This document shows positions 1 through 9,211 of a DNA stretch of 35,940 nt, one piece after another. Position 1 is the stretch's first letter. Each line of letters begins with the position of its first letter. Origin of the DNA: an uncultured delta proteobacterium (GTDB lineage: Bacteria; Myxococcota; Myxococcia; Myxococcales; 40CM-4-68-19); NCBI GenBank assembly GCA_903911145.1, contig CAIWCD010000003.1, positions 126,642 through 162,581 of the forward strand. The letters run 5' to 3'. The notes below the pieces were generated by a model. It searched no databases and was not told the origin of the DNA. It saw only the letters and a list, made by a program, of their open reading frames with translations. Made by a program: the position numbers and the translations under genes.

Positions 1-1
1 C

Positions 2-1384
2 GTTGGCAACGGCGCTCCAGGAGAGGCCCACAGTGGTCGCGCCAGGGTTCGCAGCCAGGTTCTGGGGCGCGGGCAGGTTCGTGATCGCTGACTGCTCCGT
101 GGTCGCTGCGCTGGTCACCTGGTCGGTCGCGGCCTCGACTGCATAGAAGTAACGCTTGCCGTTCGGAAGCGTGCTGTCGGTCCAACCCGTACTCGTCGAG
201 TCCGCAAGCTGAGTGGGCGCCGAGTTCGCATCACCCGCGCGAAGGACATGATACTTCGTCGCGCCCGGAACGCCATTCCAGCTGATCACCATCTGATTCG
301 CGCCGCCCGTCACCACCAGGTTGCCAGGGGCAGCGATGGTCACCGGAACTGTTGCGGTGACAGTCTCGGCCGCCGACGCCTGGTTGGTTCCCGTGCAGCT
401 CAAGAATACGGTCGGCCCGTTCCCCGCGATGAAGCGGACGGCAGCTCCCGTCGCACTGGTCGTGAGATCGGCGAAGCTCCCGCCGACGATCGTCCACGCA
501 TAGGTAACGCCCTGCTGCGCCACAACGTGCGCATCGAGGTTGGTGGCACCAACCGGTGCGCTCGCGACAGTCGTGATCGTGAATCCGGAGGGGAGGATTC
601 CCGGCGCAATCTGGACGGTCGCCTGCCCGTTCGCGGTTGTTCCCGAAGGATTCGTCGCTACGACAGAGATCACGACTGTCCCGGTGGCGCCCGCGGTGTA
701 GGTCGTGGTGGTGCCGGCAGTCGAAGCGAGCGTGCCGTTCGCAATGCTCCATGCGTACGTCACGTTCGGCATCGGCGTGGTCACCTGCGCTGGGATTCCT
801 GCGGTCGATGCGGTGACCGTCGCTGCCGTCGTGATCGCGATGGTGTTCGGCAGCGGCGCAACCAACGTCACTGTGGCGCTTGCCGTCGACGAGGAGCCAG
901 CGACATTGGTCGCCGTCACCTGGAGGATCAGGAACGCGCCGGTACCTGCCGTAAACGTCACCGACGCGCCAGTCGCCTGCGCCGTCCCGTCCTGGAAGGT
1001 GCCGCCAGTAATGGTCCAGGCGTACGTCGCCGCCGGGTCGCCGGATGTCGCGGTCGCGATCAGTCCCGTCGCGCTCTGATCCGCAAACGCGGGAGCAGTG
1101 ATCGCGGCGGTGCCAACGGGCACTGCGCACGTCCCTGAAATGCAGGACGTCGCGCCGGTGCAGACGTTGCCGCACGCACCGCAGTTGGACGAAGTGCTGA
1201 CGTCCGTGCAGACCGTGCCGCACATCTTCTGCCCGGTCGGGCAGGCTGGCGCGTTCTCACAAACACCATCCGCGCCGCAAACTTCGCCGCTGGAGCACTG
1301 CGCGGTGGTCGTGCAGGTGACCTGATGCGCGCGAGGGGTACAGGCGGCAGCGCAAACGAGCGCAATGAGTGCAAATCGCTTCAT
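2..1384 (-). CDS. Cys-rich surface lipoprotein with three Ig/PKD-like repeats and fibronectin type III domains (3' partial, runs off window)
   Basis: Not in the ORF track; translated by hand from ATG 1384 (GAGG upstream): MKRFALIALVCAAAC (lipobox), then Cys-rich segment (CTDVSTSSNCGACGNVC), three TYAW[TS]I.[GN]G repeats, then FN3-like ISWNGVPGATKYHVLR...TDSTLPNGKRYFYAVEA and APQNLAANPGATTVGLSWSAV. The frame is open to the window edge. Confidence 0.85.
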   Translation of the reverse strand, partial: MKRFALIALVCAAACTPRAHQVTCTTTAQCSSGEVCGADGVCENAPACPTGQKMCGTVCTDVSTSSNCGACGNVCTGATSCISGTCAVPVGTAAITAPAFADQSATGLIATATSGDPAATYAWTITGGTFQDGTAQATGASVTFTAGTGAFLILQVTATNVAGSSSTASATVTLVAPLPNTIAITTAATVTASTAGIPAQVTTPMPNVTYAWSIANGTLASTAGTTTTYTAGATGTVVISVVATNPSGTTANGQATVQIAPGILPSGFTITTVASAPVGATNLDAHVVAQQGVTYAWTIVGGSFADLTTSATGAAVRFIAGNGPTVFLSCTGTNQASAAETVTATVPVTIAAPGNLVVTGGANQMVISWNGVPGATKYHVLRAGDANSAPTQLADSTSTGWTDSTLPNGKRYFYAVEAATDQVTSAATTEQSAITNLPAPQNLAANPGATTVGLSWSAVAN

Positions 1385-1432
1385 AAAACGGACCTCGGTT
1401 GAAACGGACCAGATGGAGTTCATGTTCGTCAC

Positions 1433-4400
1433 CTAGTTCCGGATCGGGGCGGCAGGAATCGATGAACGCTTCGTATGCTTGCTTCGTTCGGCCGGCATGA
1501 AGCTGGCTCCAACCGGCACAGTGACGAAGCTGTTGCAATCGACCGACATTCCATTGAATTGGTCGATGGCACGCAGGCGCACAGAGTAGGAACCGGTCGT
1601 CTGCGTGCTCGACAGCTGCACAGCCGACGTTCCGAGATCAGAGAGGGAGAGCGGCGTCCCACTGGCTGCTCCGCTCATCATCACCAGCTGAACGTCGACG
1701 GGGTGACGGAAGACGGCCGACCAGTCGACCTCCTGGCCACCACCGCTCGTCACGTTCAGGTTCGTCGGGCAGGTCAGCGTCGGCGCGGCAACCGGCTCGC
1801 TGGTAACGGTCACGTTTGCAGTGCAGGTCGACACGTTCCTGTGAGCGTCGGTGGCGGTGAACGTCACCGCAGTAGTCTCATTCGCCGGGAACAGCCAAGG
1901 CGCGCTGTTCGTCAGCGAAGGCGACGAGTCGACGATGTCTGATGCGCTCGCGTTGGCAAAGAATGCTGCGATCGCATCGCTTGTCGGCTCGTCCATCCCG
2001 AGGTTGAGGGCACCGAGCGGTCCATTCGCGGCAACCGTGATGTCGCTTGGGCAGATGAGCGCCGGCGGCGTCGTGTCGACGACCACGATGTTGAAGCTCA
2101 GGATCGACTGGTTGCTGTGCGAGTCCGTCGCCGTGCAGGAGACCGGAGTCGTTCCGAGGGCGAACTCGGTGGGCAGAGCCGGGTTGCACGTGACCGAAAC
2201 CGCACCGTCGACCGCATCCGTCGCCGTGATCGGATTGTCATTGAACGCGTACCGCGCCAGCGGGATCCCCGCGGGCTCGGTCGCTTCGTAGCCGATGTTC
2301 ACGCCGTCAGGAATGCCGGCGAACACCGGAGCACGCGTGTCCTGCACGGTGATAGTGAAGCTCGCGGTACCCGTATTGTGGGCGTTGTCCGTAGCGGTGC
2401 AGGTGACGGTCGTGATTCCGAATCCGAAAGTGGTGCCGGACGTTGCGGAACACGACACCACATCGGAGTTGCCGTCAACGAGGTCGGCGGCGCTCGCGGT
2501 GAATGTCGCCGTTGCCCCGTCGGCGTTCGTTGCCTCGATGACTTGGTTTGCCGAGACGGTCACCACGGGAGCCGTGGTGTCGCGAACAGTGACCGTGAAG
2601 GTACCGGCCGACGACGTGTTGTTATGCCTGTCCGTGGAAGTGCAGGAAACCGTCGTGGTCCTGATCGCGAAGACCGTGCCGGAGGCCGGTACGCAGGTGA
2701 CGCTATCCGTGACGTCGACGAGATCCGACGCGGTGGCAACGAAAGTCACCGCTGCGCCGTTCGGACCCGTCGCCTCGACCGTGCTGTTCGACGGCAGCGA
2801 AAGCGTCGGTGCCGTCGTATCCACAACCGTCACAGTGAACGAACCGTGTGACGAGTTGCTGTGCGCGTCAGTTGCGGTGCAGTTGACCGTGGTGGTTCCC
2901 AGCGCGAAGACGCTGCCCGTCGCCGGAGCGCAGGTCACGTTATCGCTACCATCGACCGTGTCGGACGCGGTCGGAGCGAACGACACCGCTGCGCCCGTCG
3001 GGCCCGTCGCCTCCACGCGCTTGTTGGTCAGACCGGCGAGAACCGGCGGCGTGCTGTCGGTGACCGTGACGGTAAACGAGCCGTGGCCGATGTTGCCGGC
3101 ATGGTCCGTTGCCGTGCAGTTCACCGTGGTTGTTCCAATCGCGAATGTCGTTGCAGACGCCGGAGTGCACGAGACCGAGTCCGTGCCATCGACGATATCC
3201 GTCGCAGTGGGGTTGAACGAAACAGCGGCACCGCTCAAGCCCGTTGCCTCAACGCTCTTATTGGTCAAGCCAGCAAGAATCGGCGCCGTGGTGTCCTGAA
3301 CCGTGACGGTAAACGTCCCTGCAGTGCTCGTGTTGCTGTGCGTGTCAGTCGACGTGCAGCTGACCGTCGTGACGCCGATTGCAAAGACCGTGTTCGACGC
3401 GGGAGTGCACGTGACCGGACGCGACCCATCAACGAGGTCGCTCGCGGTCGCGGCAAACGTGACCGTCGCACCGTTCGAACCAGTCGCCTCAACCGTCTTG
3501 TTGGAGGGCAGGCTGAGAGCCGGGGGCGTCGTGTCCTGGACCGTGACGGTGAAGGTTCCCGTCGCGCGATTGCCATGGGCATCCGTGGACGAGCAGTGCA
3601 CCGTGGTCGTCCCGAGGGCGAAGACAGTCGACGAGAGCGGTGAGCAGGTCACTGCATCGGTGCCGTCGACCAGATCAGTCGCAGTCGCCGTGTAGGTTGC
3701 CGTTGCGCCCGACGAGCCGGTTGCCTCGAGAGTCTGGTTGGACGGCAGCGTCATCGTAGGTGCGGTCGTGTCGCGGACCGTGACGGTGAATGACCCCGTG
3801 CTCTTGTTGTTGTGCTGGTCGGTCGAGCTGCAGGTGACGTTCGTCGTGCCGAGCGCGAAGACCGTGCCTGAGGCAGGGGCGCAGATGACCGTGTCGGTCG
3901 CGCCGTCAACTGCGTCTGCCGAAGTGGGCGTGAAGGTCACTGTCGCCCCGTTCGATCCTGTCGCCTCAACGATCTGGTTCGACAGTCCGGACATGACCGG
4001 CGCGGTTGTGTCGCGAACGGTGACGGTGAACGACCCGTTCCGCACGTTGGAGTGCTGGTCCGTCGAGGTGCAGTTGACGGTCGTTGCACCGAGCGCGAAG
4101 ACCGACCCCGAGGAAGGAGTGCAGGTGACCGGATCCGAGCCGTCAACCAGGTCGGTTGCGGTCGTGGTGAAGGTCACGGTTGCGCCGTTGGAGCCCGTCG
4201 CTTCGGCTATCTGGTTGGCCGGAAGCGAGAGTACAGGCGCCGTCGTGTCCTGAACCGTGATCGTGAAGTTGCCGTAGGAGGTGTTGCCGTGGTGGTCCGT
4301 GGAGGAGCAGTAGACAGTGGTCGTGCCGAGCGCGAACCCGCTGCCTGAACCGGGCAAGCAGGTCACACCATCAGCACCGTCGACGATGTCATTCGCCGTG

Positions 4401-7400
4401 GCCACGAACGAGACGATAGCGCCGAACGCACCGGTCGCCTCGACAGTCTTGTTCGCAGGGAGCGTCAGCGTAGGCGGTGTGGTGTCGGTCGTGGTGACCG
4501 TGAACGTCCCGCTGCTCGTGTTGTGGTGTGCATCGGTTGACGAGCAGGTTACCGTCGTCACGCCGTACGAGAAGACAGACCCTGAGACCGGCGAGCAGGT
4601 GACGGCGTCGGTGCCATCGACAGCGTCAGTGGCCGTCGGAGTGTACGCTACCGTCGATCCGGCCTCGGCAGTCTTGTTGACCAACCCCGAAATCGCGGGG
4701 GGCGTTGTATCGACAACCGTGATCTTGAACGTGCCGGAAGAGTAGTTGCCCGTCGAATCCTGGGCGTGGCAGCTGACCGTGTTGCTTCCAATGGCGAACA
4801 CCGACCCCGAGGGGGGCGTGCACACCACCGACTCAGAGCCTTCGGCCGCGTCAAGCGCCGTCGCGGTATACGTCACGGTCGCGCCGGTGGATCCCGTCGC
4901 CTCCACCGTCTTGTCGGCGGGCAACGTCAGGGCGGGCGGCTGCGTGTCCTGCATCGTCACCGTGGCGACCGTCTTCGCCGTGTGCGCATTGCAGGGGTCG
5001 ATTGCGGTCCACGTCACGGTCGCCGAACTGCTGGTGCTGTGCAGTGCGCCGATACCGCCGCATCCCGCGTCGGCGATGAAGTCGTTGGCGATGGTAACCG
5101 GGTTGCCAACTGCGGCGCAGGGCTCGGACGCACGCACGTGGCTCAACCAGGTGTTCACGTTTGCAACGGCGTTCGAGTCACATTCGATCGCCGTGTTCAC
5201 GGGCGTATAAGTGAAGGCCGGCGTCTGGTTGTCGACGATGGAGATCTGCTCATTGCAGGTCGAGGGACCACCGTCGCTGTACTTATTCTCAACACTCAGT
5301 GACGCAGTCGCAGTGTATGTGCATCCCTCTGCCGCCGTCTGGATGACCGTCGAGGCCATCGCCGCCGTCGGGTTGGTGATCGACGGACCGCCGTCGCTCA
5401 TTACCCATGAGTAGGTGAACGAGTCACCCTGCGAGTCGTAGGAGTGTGTTCCATCGAGCGTCACCGTCACTGCGCCGCCCGTGCAGCTCTGCACAACCGA
5501 TGCGGGCGTGACGCAGGTCGGGGCGGCGTGCTGCGAGATGACCGTCAAGGTTGTGCACGAGATGGAAGACTTGTTGTTCACCGTGTCGATAACCTTGATG
5601 CAGATGGAGTAAGGCTGCGTCGCTGACGTAGCATTCGATGGGACGGTGAACGTCGGGTTGACGATCGTGCTGTCTGTGTACGTTCCTGCGCCGGTCAGAT
5701 CCCAGTGATAAGTGATCGTGTCGCCCGGGTCGGCGGTAACCGACTTGCTACCGTCGAGCTGGACAACTTCGCCTGCGGTTCCAGTATACGGGCCGCCTGC
5801 CGAGGCGATCGGCGCGTGGGCACCGACGATAACCGTGGTGTAGGCAACGACACTGCATCCCGGCGTCACACCTGCATCAGACAGGGGCGGATGGTTCGTG
5901 ACCTGCACTTCGATCGGGTAGGTGCCGCCCGCGTCGTAGGTGATCGTCGGGTTGATCAACGTCGACGAACCGCCGTCGTTGAAGTTGTTCGTGTTGTTGA
6001 AGTCCCAGACATAAGTCATCGGATCACCGTCGACCTGGGTGCTGCCTGCGGCGGTCAGCTGAACGGGATTGTTGATCGAGGCGAGGTAGGGGCCGCCTGC
6101 CGAGCCCTGCGGGCAGTGCGGGGGCGGCTTGATGATCACGTTGCACGTCGTGACCGACGTCTGCTCGCCACCCTGGCTGGAGGACGTGTTGTCGGTCACC
6201 TGGAGCGCAACCGGGAAGCTCACTGGCGGCGAGGTCGGCCCACCGTCGAGCGTCTCTGTGTACATGTTGAAGCCGTCAGGCTTGGTGACAATCGAGCCCT
6301 GAACGCCAAACAGGTTGGTGCCGGCGTCGCAGGACTCTGTGGCCGTCCCGTCTGGCGTGAAGCAGCTCTGATGGAACGTCGTCCCGTCGTACGAGAAGTC
6401 CCACTTGTATGCGATGATCGCCTTCGTCTGGTCTGGCTCGGTCGAGCAAGTGCCGTCGAGCGTGATGGGGGAGTTGACGGCCCACTGGGCGGAGCAGTTG
6501 CAGATTGCGGCCTGCGGCGGGATGTTCGTCACCGCCTTCGCAAGAATCAGTTCGTCCCAGGCAGTCGCAAGTCGGGACGAAATGCCGTTTGTATTGACGC
6601 TGTCCGACCAGGAACCGTCGGAGGCTTGCCGCGGCACGATATTGGTAGCCAATCCAGTCTGGGTCTGTCCTGCCGGAGTGTAATACCAGTCGAAGCTGTT
6701 CGAGGCTTGAACGTTGTTGGTCTGATCCCACTTTGTGATGCGAGTAAACTTTGGATTGGCTGCCGACATCGCCTTCATGACGTCATACATCGCGTAGCTG
6801 GTACCCAGGTTGTAGTGGTCCCAGCCTGAAGGAGAGGTCGACCAATCAGAGTAGAGGAAGCCCAACCCCTTCTGGACGTCGGGATAGGAGTTGCCGTTAC
6901 CCAGGAAGAAGTGAGTCAGGATGCCGCCCGATGTCTTTGCGATATTCGGGTGCTGGCCGGCGCTCGAGTATCCGTACGCACCGTAGGTGCTGCCTGCGGT
7001 GGTGTTGTGAATGGTGTTGAGGAAATAGGGAATCTGGGCGCGAACGAACCCTGGGATGGTTGCACCCATGTTGTTCTCGGCGGCGGACATTCCGATGATC
7101 GGCCATTGGTTGGTCGAACCGTCTGCGCTGCCGGAATTTGCCGTGTAGAGCCAACCACCCGCTGTCGAGCCGGTTCCGTCGTTCTGGCCCCAGGCGAACC
7201 AGTCGACCATCTCCTGCGCGATGTACCCAAAAGTCTTGCCGTACACATGCGCCGGGCCGTTCTTGGCGACAATGCCGGGCAGCCCGCTCGAAGAGAACGC
7301 GGCAGCGCAGATACCGCCCGTGTAGATGTCGTTTCCGTCGGAGATGTAGACTCCGACCCCAGAGCGGTCGCTGGTCAAGTCTGCGACGTTGGTTCCACCG

Positions 7401-8329
7401 TCGGGGCCGGTCCCCAGGCTGCCGGTGATGCTCAAGATCCGCATCTGGTGAATCATCCACGCCGTGGAGCGCATCGCGTCTTCCACGTACGGGTCAACGT
7501 CATAGTTGGTCTGGATTGGCTTGCTGCCGTGGAGCTGGAATGCGTCGAGAGTCGCGCAGGAGCCCGGCGTATCACTCCCCCAGTTCCCGTACCGTTGGTA
7601 GTAGTCCGCCGCGGAAGCGTTGGAGTCCGGAGAGCCTCCCACACTGGTCGTCGACGCACCGTCCGCGTAACGCGAGCGGCTCATCGAGACGTGCATGTTC
7701 CAGAGCGCCTCGTCCTCGGCAACCGCAACGCACACATCCATCTGGTTCGGGTCTGTGGTCGTCGTGCTGCTGCACTGCTGCATCTTGATGGGATAGGTGG
7801 CCGTCGCGATGTTCCCGGGCGTCCCGACGGACCCGGTCGCAATCGAGAGGGTCGCGATGTAGAGCTGCCCAATGTTACCGTTATACGTGTGGGTTACGCC
7901 GAGGTCGTACACGTTGGGATTGACATTTGCGGTACCGCCGATGGCGGTCCAGGCCTTGCTGGTGCCGTCTCCGTAGTCCCACTTGAACTGGGTCGGACTC
8001 CCGTAGCGAGCGATGCCCTTGAGGTGCACCGCCTTCCCTGCGTACGTGATGTGCGGAAGGCTGGGATTCGTTGGAACCCACGGGACCGTGATCGCCTGCA
8101 TCTGGCAGGCTGCACCAGTGACGCCGTCGGACGCGGTGGCATTGGTCGGATCTGGCTCGTACGGGCAGAGGTCGTCCTGGTTGCAGATGCCGTCACCGTC
8201 GTCGTCGCGGCTGCCCCAGCCCGTGCCCACGCTGCACGAGGTCGCGTGTGCCGCCTTGCTCGCCACCAGGAACGACAGGGCGAACGAGATGATGCTGATG
8301 AGAGCGCGCCGACTAGAACGGTGATTCAT
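1433..8329 (-). CDS. Giant secreted multidomain protein (~2298 aa): TSP3-like motif, PKD, prenyltransferase/squalene-cyclase-like alpha/alpha toroid, PKD repeats, HYR repeat stalk
   Basis: ORF 1433..8395, start moved to ATG 8329 (GGAGG 6 nt upstream). Signal peptide MNHRSSRRALISIISFALSFLVASKAAHA; DDDGDGICNQDDLCP; PKD-like WDYGDG, WDFS, WDFN, WDLT with A.GPY leaders; QW-like motifs GQND...GGWLY and RQASDGSW; tandem DTT[AP]P HYR units. Confidence 0.88.
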   Translation of the reverse strand: MNHRSSRRALISIISFALSFLVASKAAHATSCSVGTGWGSRDDDGDGICNQDDLCPYEPDPTNATASDGVTGAACQMQAITVPWVPTNPSLPHITYAGKAVHLKGIARYGSPTQFKWDYGDGTSKAWTAIGGTANVNPNVYDLGVTHTYNGNIGQLYIATLSIATGSVGTPGNIATATYPIKMQQCSSTTTTDPNQMDVCVAVAEDEALWNMHVSMSRSRYADGASTTSVGGSPDSNASAADYYQRYGNWGSDTPGSCATLDAFQLHGSKPIQTNYDVDPYVEDAMRSTAWMIHQMRILSITGSLGTGPDGGTNVADLTSDRSGVGVYISDGNDIYTGGICAAAFSSSGLPGIVAKNGPAHVYGKTFGYIAQEMVDWFAWGQNDGTGSTAGGWLYTANSGSADGSTNQWPIIGMSAAENNMGATIPGFVRAQIPYFLNTIHNTTAGSTYGAYGYSSAGQHPNIAKTSGGILTHFFLGNGNSYPDVQKGLGFLYSDWSTSPSGWDHYNLGTSYAMYDVMKAMSAANPKFTRITKWDQTNNVQASNSFDWYYTPAGQTQTGLATNIVPRQASDGSWSDSVNTNGISSRLATAWDELILAKAVTNIPPQAAICNCSAQWAVNSPITLDGTCSTEPDQTKAIIAYKWDFSYDGTTFHQSCFTPDGTATESCDAGTNLFGVQGSIVTKPDGFNMYTETLDGGPTSPPVSFPVALQVTDNTSSSQGGEQTSVTTCNVIIKPPPHCPQGSAGGPYLASINNPVQLTAAGSTQVDGDPMTYVWDFNNTNNFNDGGSSTLINPTITYDAGGTYPIEVQVTNHPPLSDAGVTPGCSVVAYTTVIVGAHAPIASAGGPYTGTAGEVVQLDGSKSVTADPGDTITYHWDLTGAGTYTDSTIVNPTFTVPSNATSATQPYSICIKVIDTVNNKSSISCTTLTVISQHAAPTCVTPASVVQSCTGGAVTVTLDGTHSYDSQGDSFTYSWVMSDGGPSITNPTAAMASTVIQTAAEGCTYTATASLSVENKYSDGGPSTCNEQISIVDNQTPAFTYTPVNTAIECDSNAVANVNTWLSHVRASEPCAAVGNPVTIANDFIADAGCGGIGALHSTSSSATVTWTAIDPCNAHTAKTVATVTMQDTQPPALTLPADKTVEATGSTGATVTYTATALDAAEGSESVVCTPPSGSVFAIGSNTVSCHAQDSTGNYSSGTFKITVVDTTPPAISGLVNKTAEAGSTVAYTPTATDAVDGTDAVTCSPVSGSVFSYGVTTVTCSSTDAHHNTSSGTFTVTTTDTTPPTLTLPANKTVEATGAFGAIVSFVATANDIVDGADGVTCLPGSGSGFALGTTTVYCSSTDHHGNTSYGNFTITVQDTTAPVLSLPANQIAEATGSNGATVTFTTTATDLVDGSDPVTCTPSSGSVFALGATTVNCTSTDQHSNVRNGSFTVTVRDTTAPVMSGLSNQIVEATGSNGATVTFTPTSADAVDGATDTVICAPASGTVFALGTTNVTCSSTDQHNNKSTGSFTVTVRDTTAPTMTLPSNQTLEATGSSGATATYTATATDLVDGTDAVTCSPLSSTVFALGTTTVHCSSTDAHGNRATGTFTVTVQDTTPPALSLPSNKTVEATGSNGATVTFAATASDLVDGSRPVTCTPASNTVFAIGVTTVSCTSTDTHSNTSTAGTFTVTVQDTTAPILAGLTNKSVEATGLSGAAVSFNPTATDIVDGTDSVSCTPASATTFAIGTTTVNCTATDHAGNIGHGSFTVTVTDSTPPVLAGLTNKRVEATGPTGAAVSFAPTASDTVDGSDNVTCAPATGSVFALGTTTVNCTATDAHSNSSHGSFTVTVVDTTAPTLSLPSNSTVEATGPNGAAVTFVATASDLVDVTDSVTCVPASGTVFAIRTTTVSCTSTDRHNNTSSAGTFTVTVRDTTAPVVTVSANQVIEATNADGATATFTASAADLVDGNSDVVSCSATSGTTFGFGITTVTCTATDNAHNTGTASFTITVQDTRAPVFAGIPDGVNIGYEATEPAGIPLARYAFNDNPITATDAVDGAVSVTCNPALPTEFALGTTPVSCTATDSHSNQSILSFNIVVVDTTPPALICPSDITVAANGPLGALNLGMDEPTSDAIAAFFANASASDIVDSSPSLTNSAPWLFPANETTAVTFTATDAHRNVSTCTANVTVTSEPVAAPTLTCPTNLNVTSGGGQEVDWSAVFRHPVDVQLVMMSGAASGTPLSLSDLGTSAVQLSSTQTTGSYSVRLRAIDQFNGMSVDCNSFVTVPVGASFMPAERSKHTKRSSIPAAPIRN
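1805..4950 (-). repeat. Intragenic tandem array of 13 HYR-domain repeats (~79 aa, ~237 bp period)
   Basis: 13 units begin D[TS][TQR][PA]P...VEATG, contain V.C.P.SG..F..G.T.V.C...D and end F.VTV. The units are diverged at DNA level. Confidence 0.85.
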
Positions 8330-8416
8330 GTACTGCCTCCTCAAAAAGTGCCGATGACAGATCGGCTTGCTGCTGTCCCGTGCCCTGTTGCGCACGGCGA
8401 ATGAATTCCCTGCCTG

Positions 8417-8983
8417 TTATTGCTGCTCGCAGATGACCGCGTCCTCGAGAGCCTGGATGCGCCCCAGACATGACGCGAACTTGAGCGACTTCGCCGTGCA
8501 AGCCGGAAGGCACTTCGCATTGAGCTCAGCAGATGTCTTCTGCTTCCACTCCGCCGCCTGGGCCTTGAAACCTGCCTCGTCCCGTCGTGCTTCCACGAGG
8601 GATGCTTCCGAACTCTTGATCGCCGCCTCACGCTGGCTCTGCAGCTGCTTGGCGTCCCACTCGTGTTGTTCGCGCAGAATCTTCTGCGCCCGCGCGGGCA
8701 TTTTCTTGATGGCGTCTTCGTTCCAGCCAGTGTCAGGAGCTGCCATCTCTGCGCGCAGCTCTTTGATGTCCGCTGCGGAACTGCGCTCCATCGTCTCGAC
8801 ACGCTCGCCGGCTTCGTGAACGGTGATGTCCCAGCTCTTCTGGCGTACTGCCATGTTGAACTTTGCAAGCCTCTCGCAGCCCACCTTGCACTGTTCTTCG
8901 ATCGACGCCGGCGCTGGCGCGCGACTGCACGCCGCGATGATCAGCGAGGTGACGGATAGCGCTGGGCGGAAAGAGAGGCGCAC
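8417..8983 (-). CDS. Hypothetical lipoprotein with central coiled coil flanked by Cys motifs
   Basis: GTG start; lipobox LIIAAC; CKVGC near the N-terminus; E/K/R/Q/A-rich helical middle; CLPAC..C..C at the C-terminus. Confidence 0.7.
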   Translation of the reverse strand: MRLSFRPALSVTSLIIAACSRAPAPASIEEQCKVGCERLAKFNMAVRQKSWDITVHEAGERVETMERSSAADIKELRAEMAAPDTGWNEDAIKKMPARAQKILREQHEWDAKQLQSQREAAIKSSEASLVEARRDEAGFKAQAAEWKQKTSAELNAKCLPACTAKSLKFASCLGRIQALEDAVICEQQ

Positions 8984-9039
8984 TGTGGCATCTCTACCAT
9001 AGCGTGCGTGCGGGATGCGAGAAGACCTTGCGCCATCCG

Positions 9040-9160
9040 CAAGAATTGCCGCCAGGAATTGATTAAGATTTATGTATACCTACACTTGCACACCTGCTTC
9101 TGGTTGTGGCATCCTGGAATTGTAACCATCTGCAAGCTAAGCAGTTTTCTATATAGTCTG
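9040..9160. promoter_or_regulatory. AT-rich divergent intergenic region, probable promoter/regulator-binding zone
   Basis: Visibly AT-rich tracts (gaattgattaagatttatgtatac; agttttctatatagt) between divergent genes in a GC-rich background. No specific site assigned. Confidence 0.4.
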
Positions 9161-9211
9161 ACCGCAAGACGGTCGCCTGCGGTCGGTTGTCTCGCGAGGA
9201 GATACGCGCAA

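Noticed and set aside
1805..4950. Regularly spaced DNA repeats as a CRISPR array or non-coding repeat
   Set aside because: The period is ~237 bp, the units are degenerate at third codon positions and in frame with a protein. They are HYR coding repeats; there are no identical short repeats with spacers and no cas genes.
6530..7730. Squalene-hopene cyclase or alpha-2-macroglobulin
   Set aside because: No DxDD catalytic motif, no CGEQ thioester motif, and only a single toroid inside a secreted repeat protein.
231..8404. Many plus-strand and off-frame ORFs (e.g. 248..1138, 231..1223, 2295..3299, 5705..6829, 6911..8404)
   Set aside because: Antisense or frame shadows of the two large minus-strand genes, typical of high-GC DNA; no recognisable motifs.
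9105..9126. Sigma54 promoter (TGGCA...TTG) upstream of the methyltransferase
   Set aside because: The spacing after GG is 12 nt rather than 10, and the -12 dinucleotide is GT rather than GC.
9008..9211. N-terminal extension of the methyltransferase ORF (similar extensions on ORFs ending at 8395, 12430, 14579, 22595, 28640, 34237, 35343)
   Set aside because: Better starts with an RBS or stop/start overlap exist downstream, and the extensions cover intergenic DNA or neighbouring genes.
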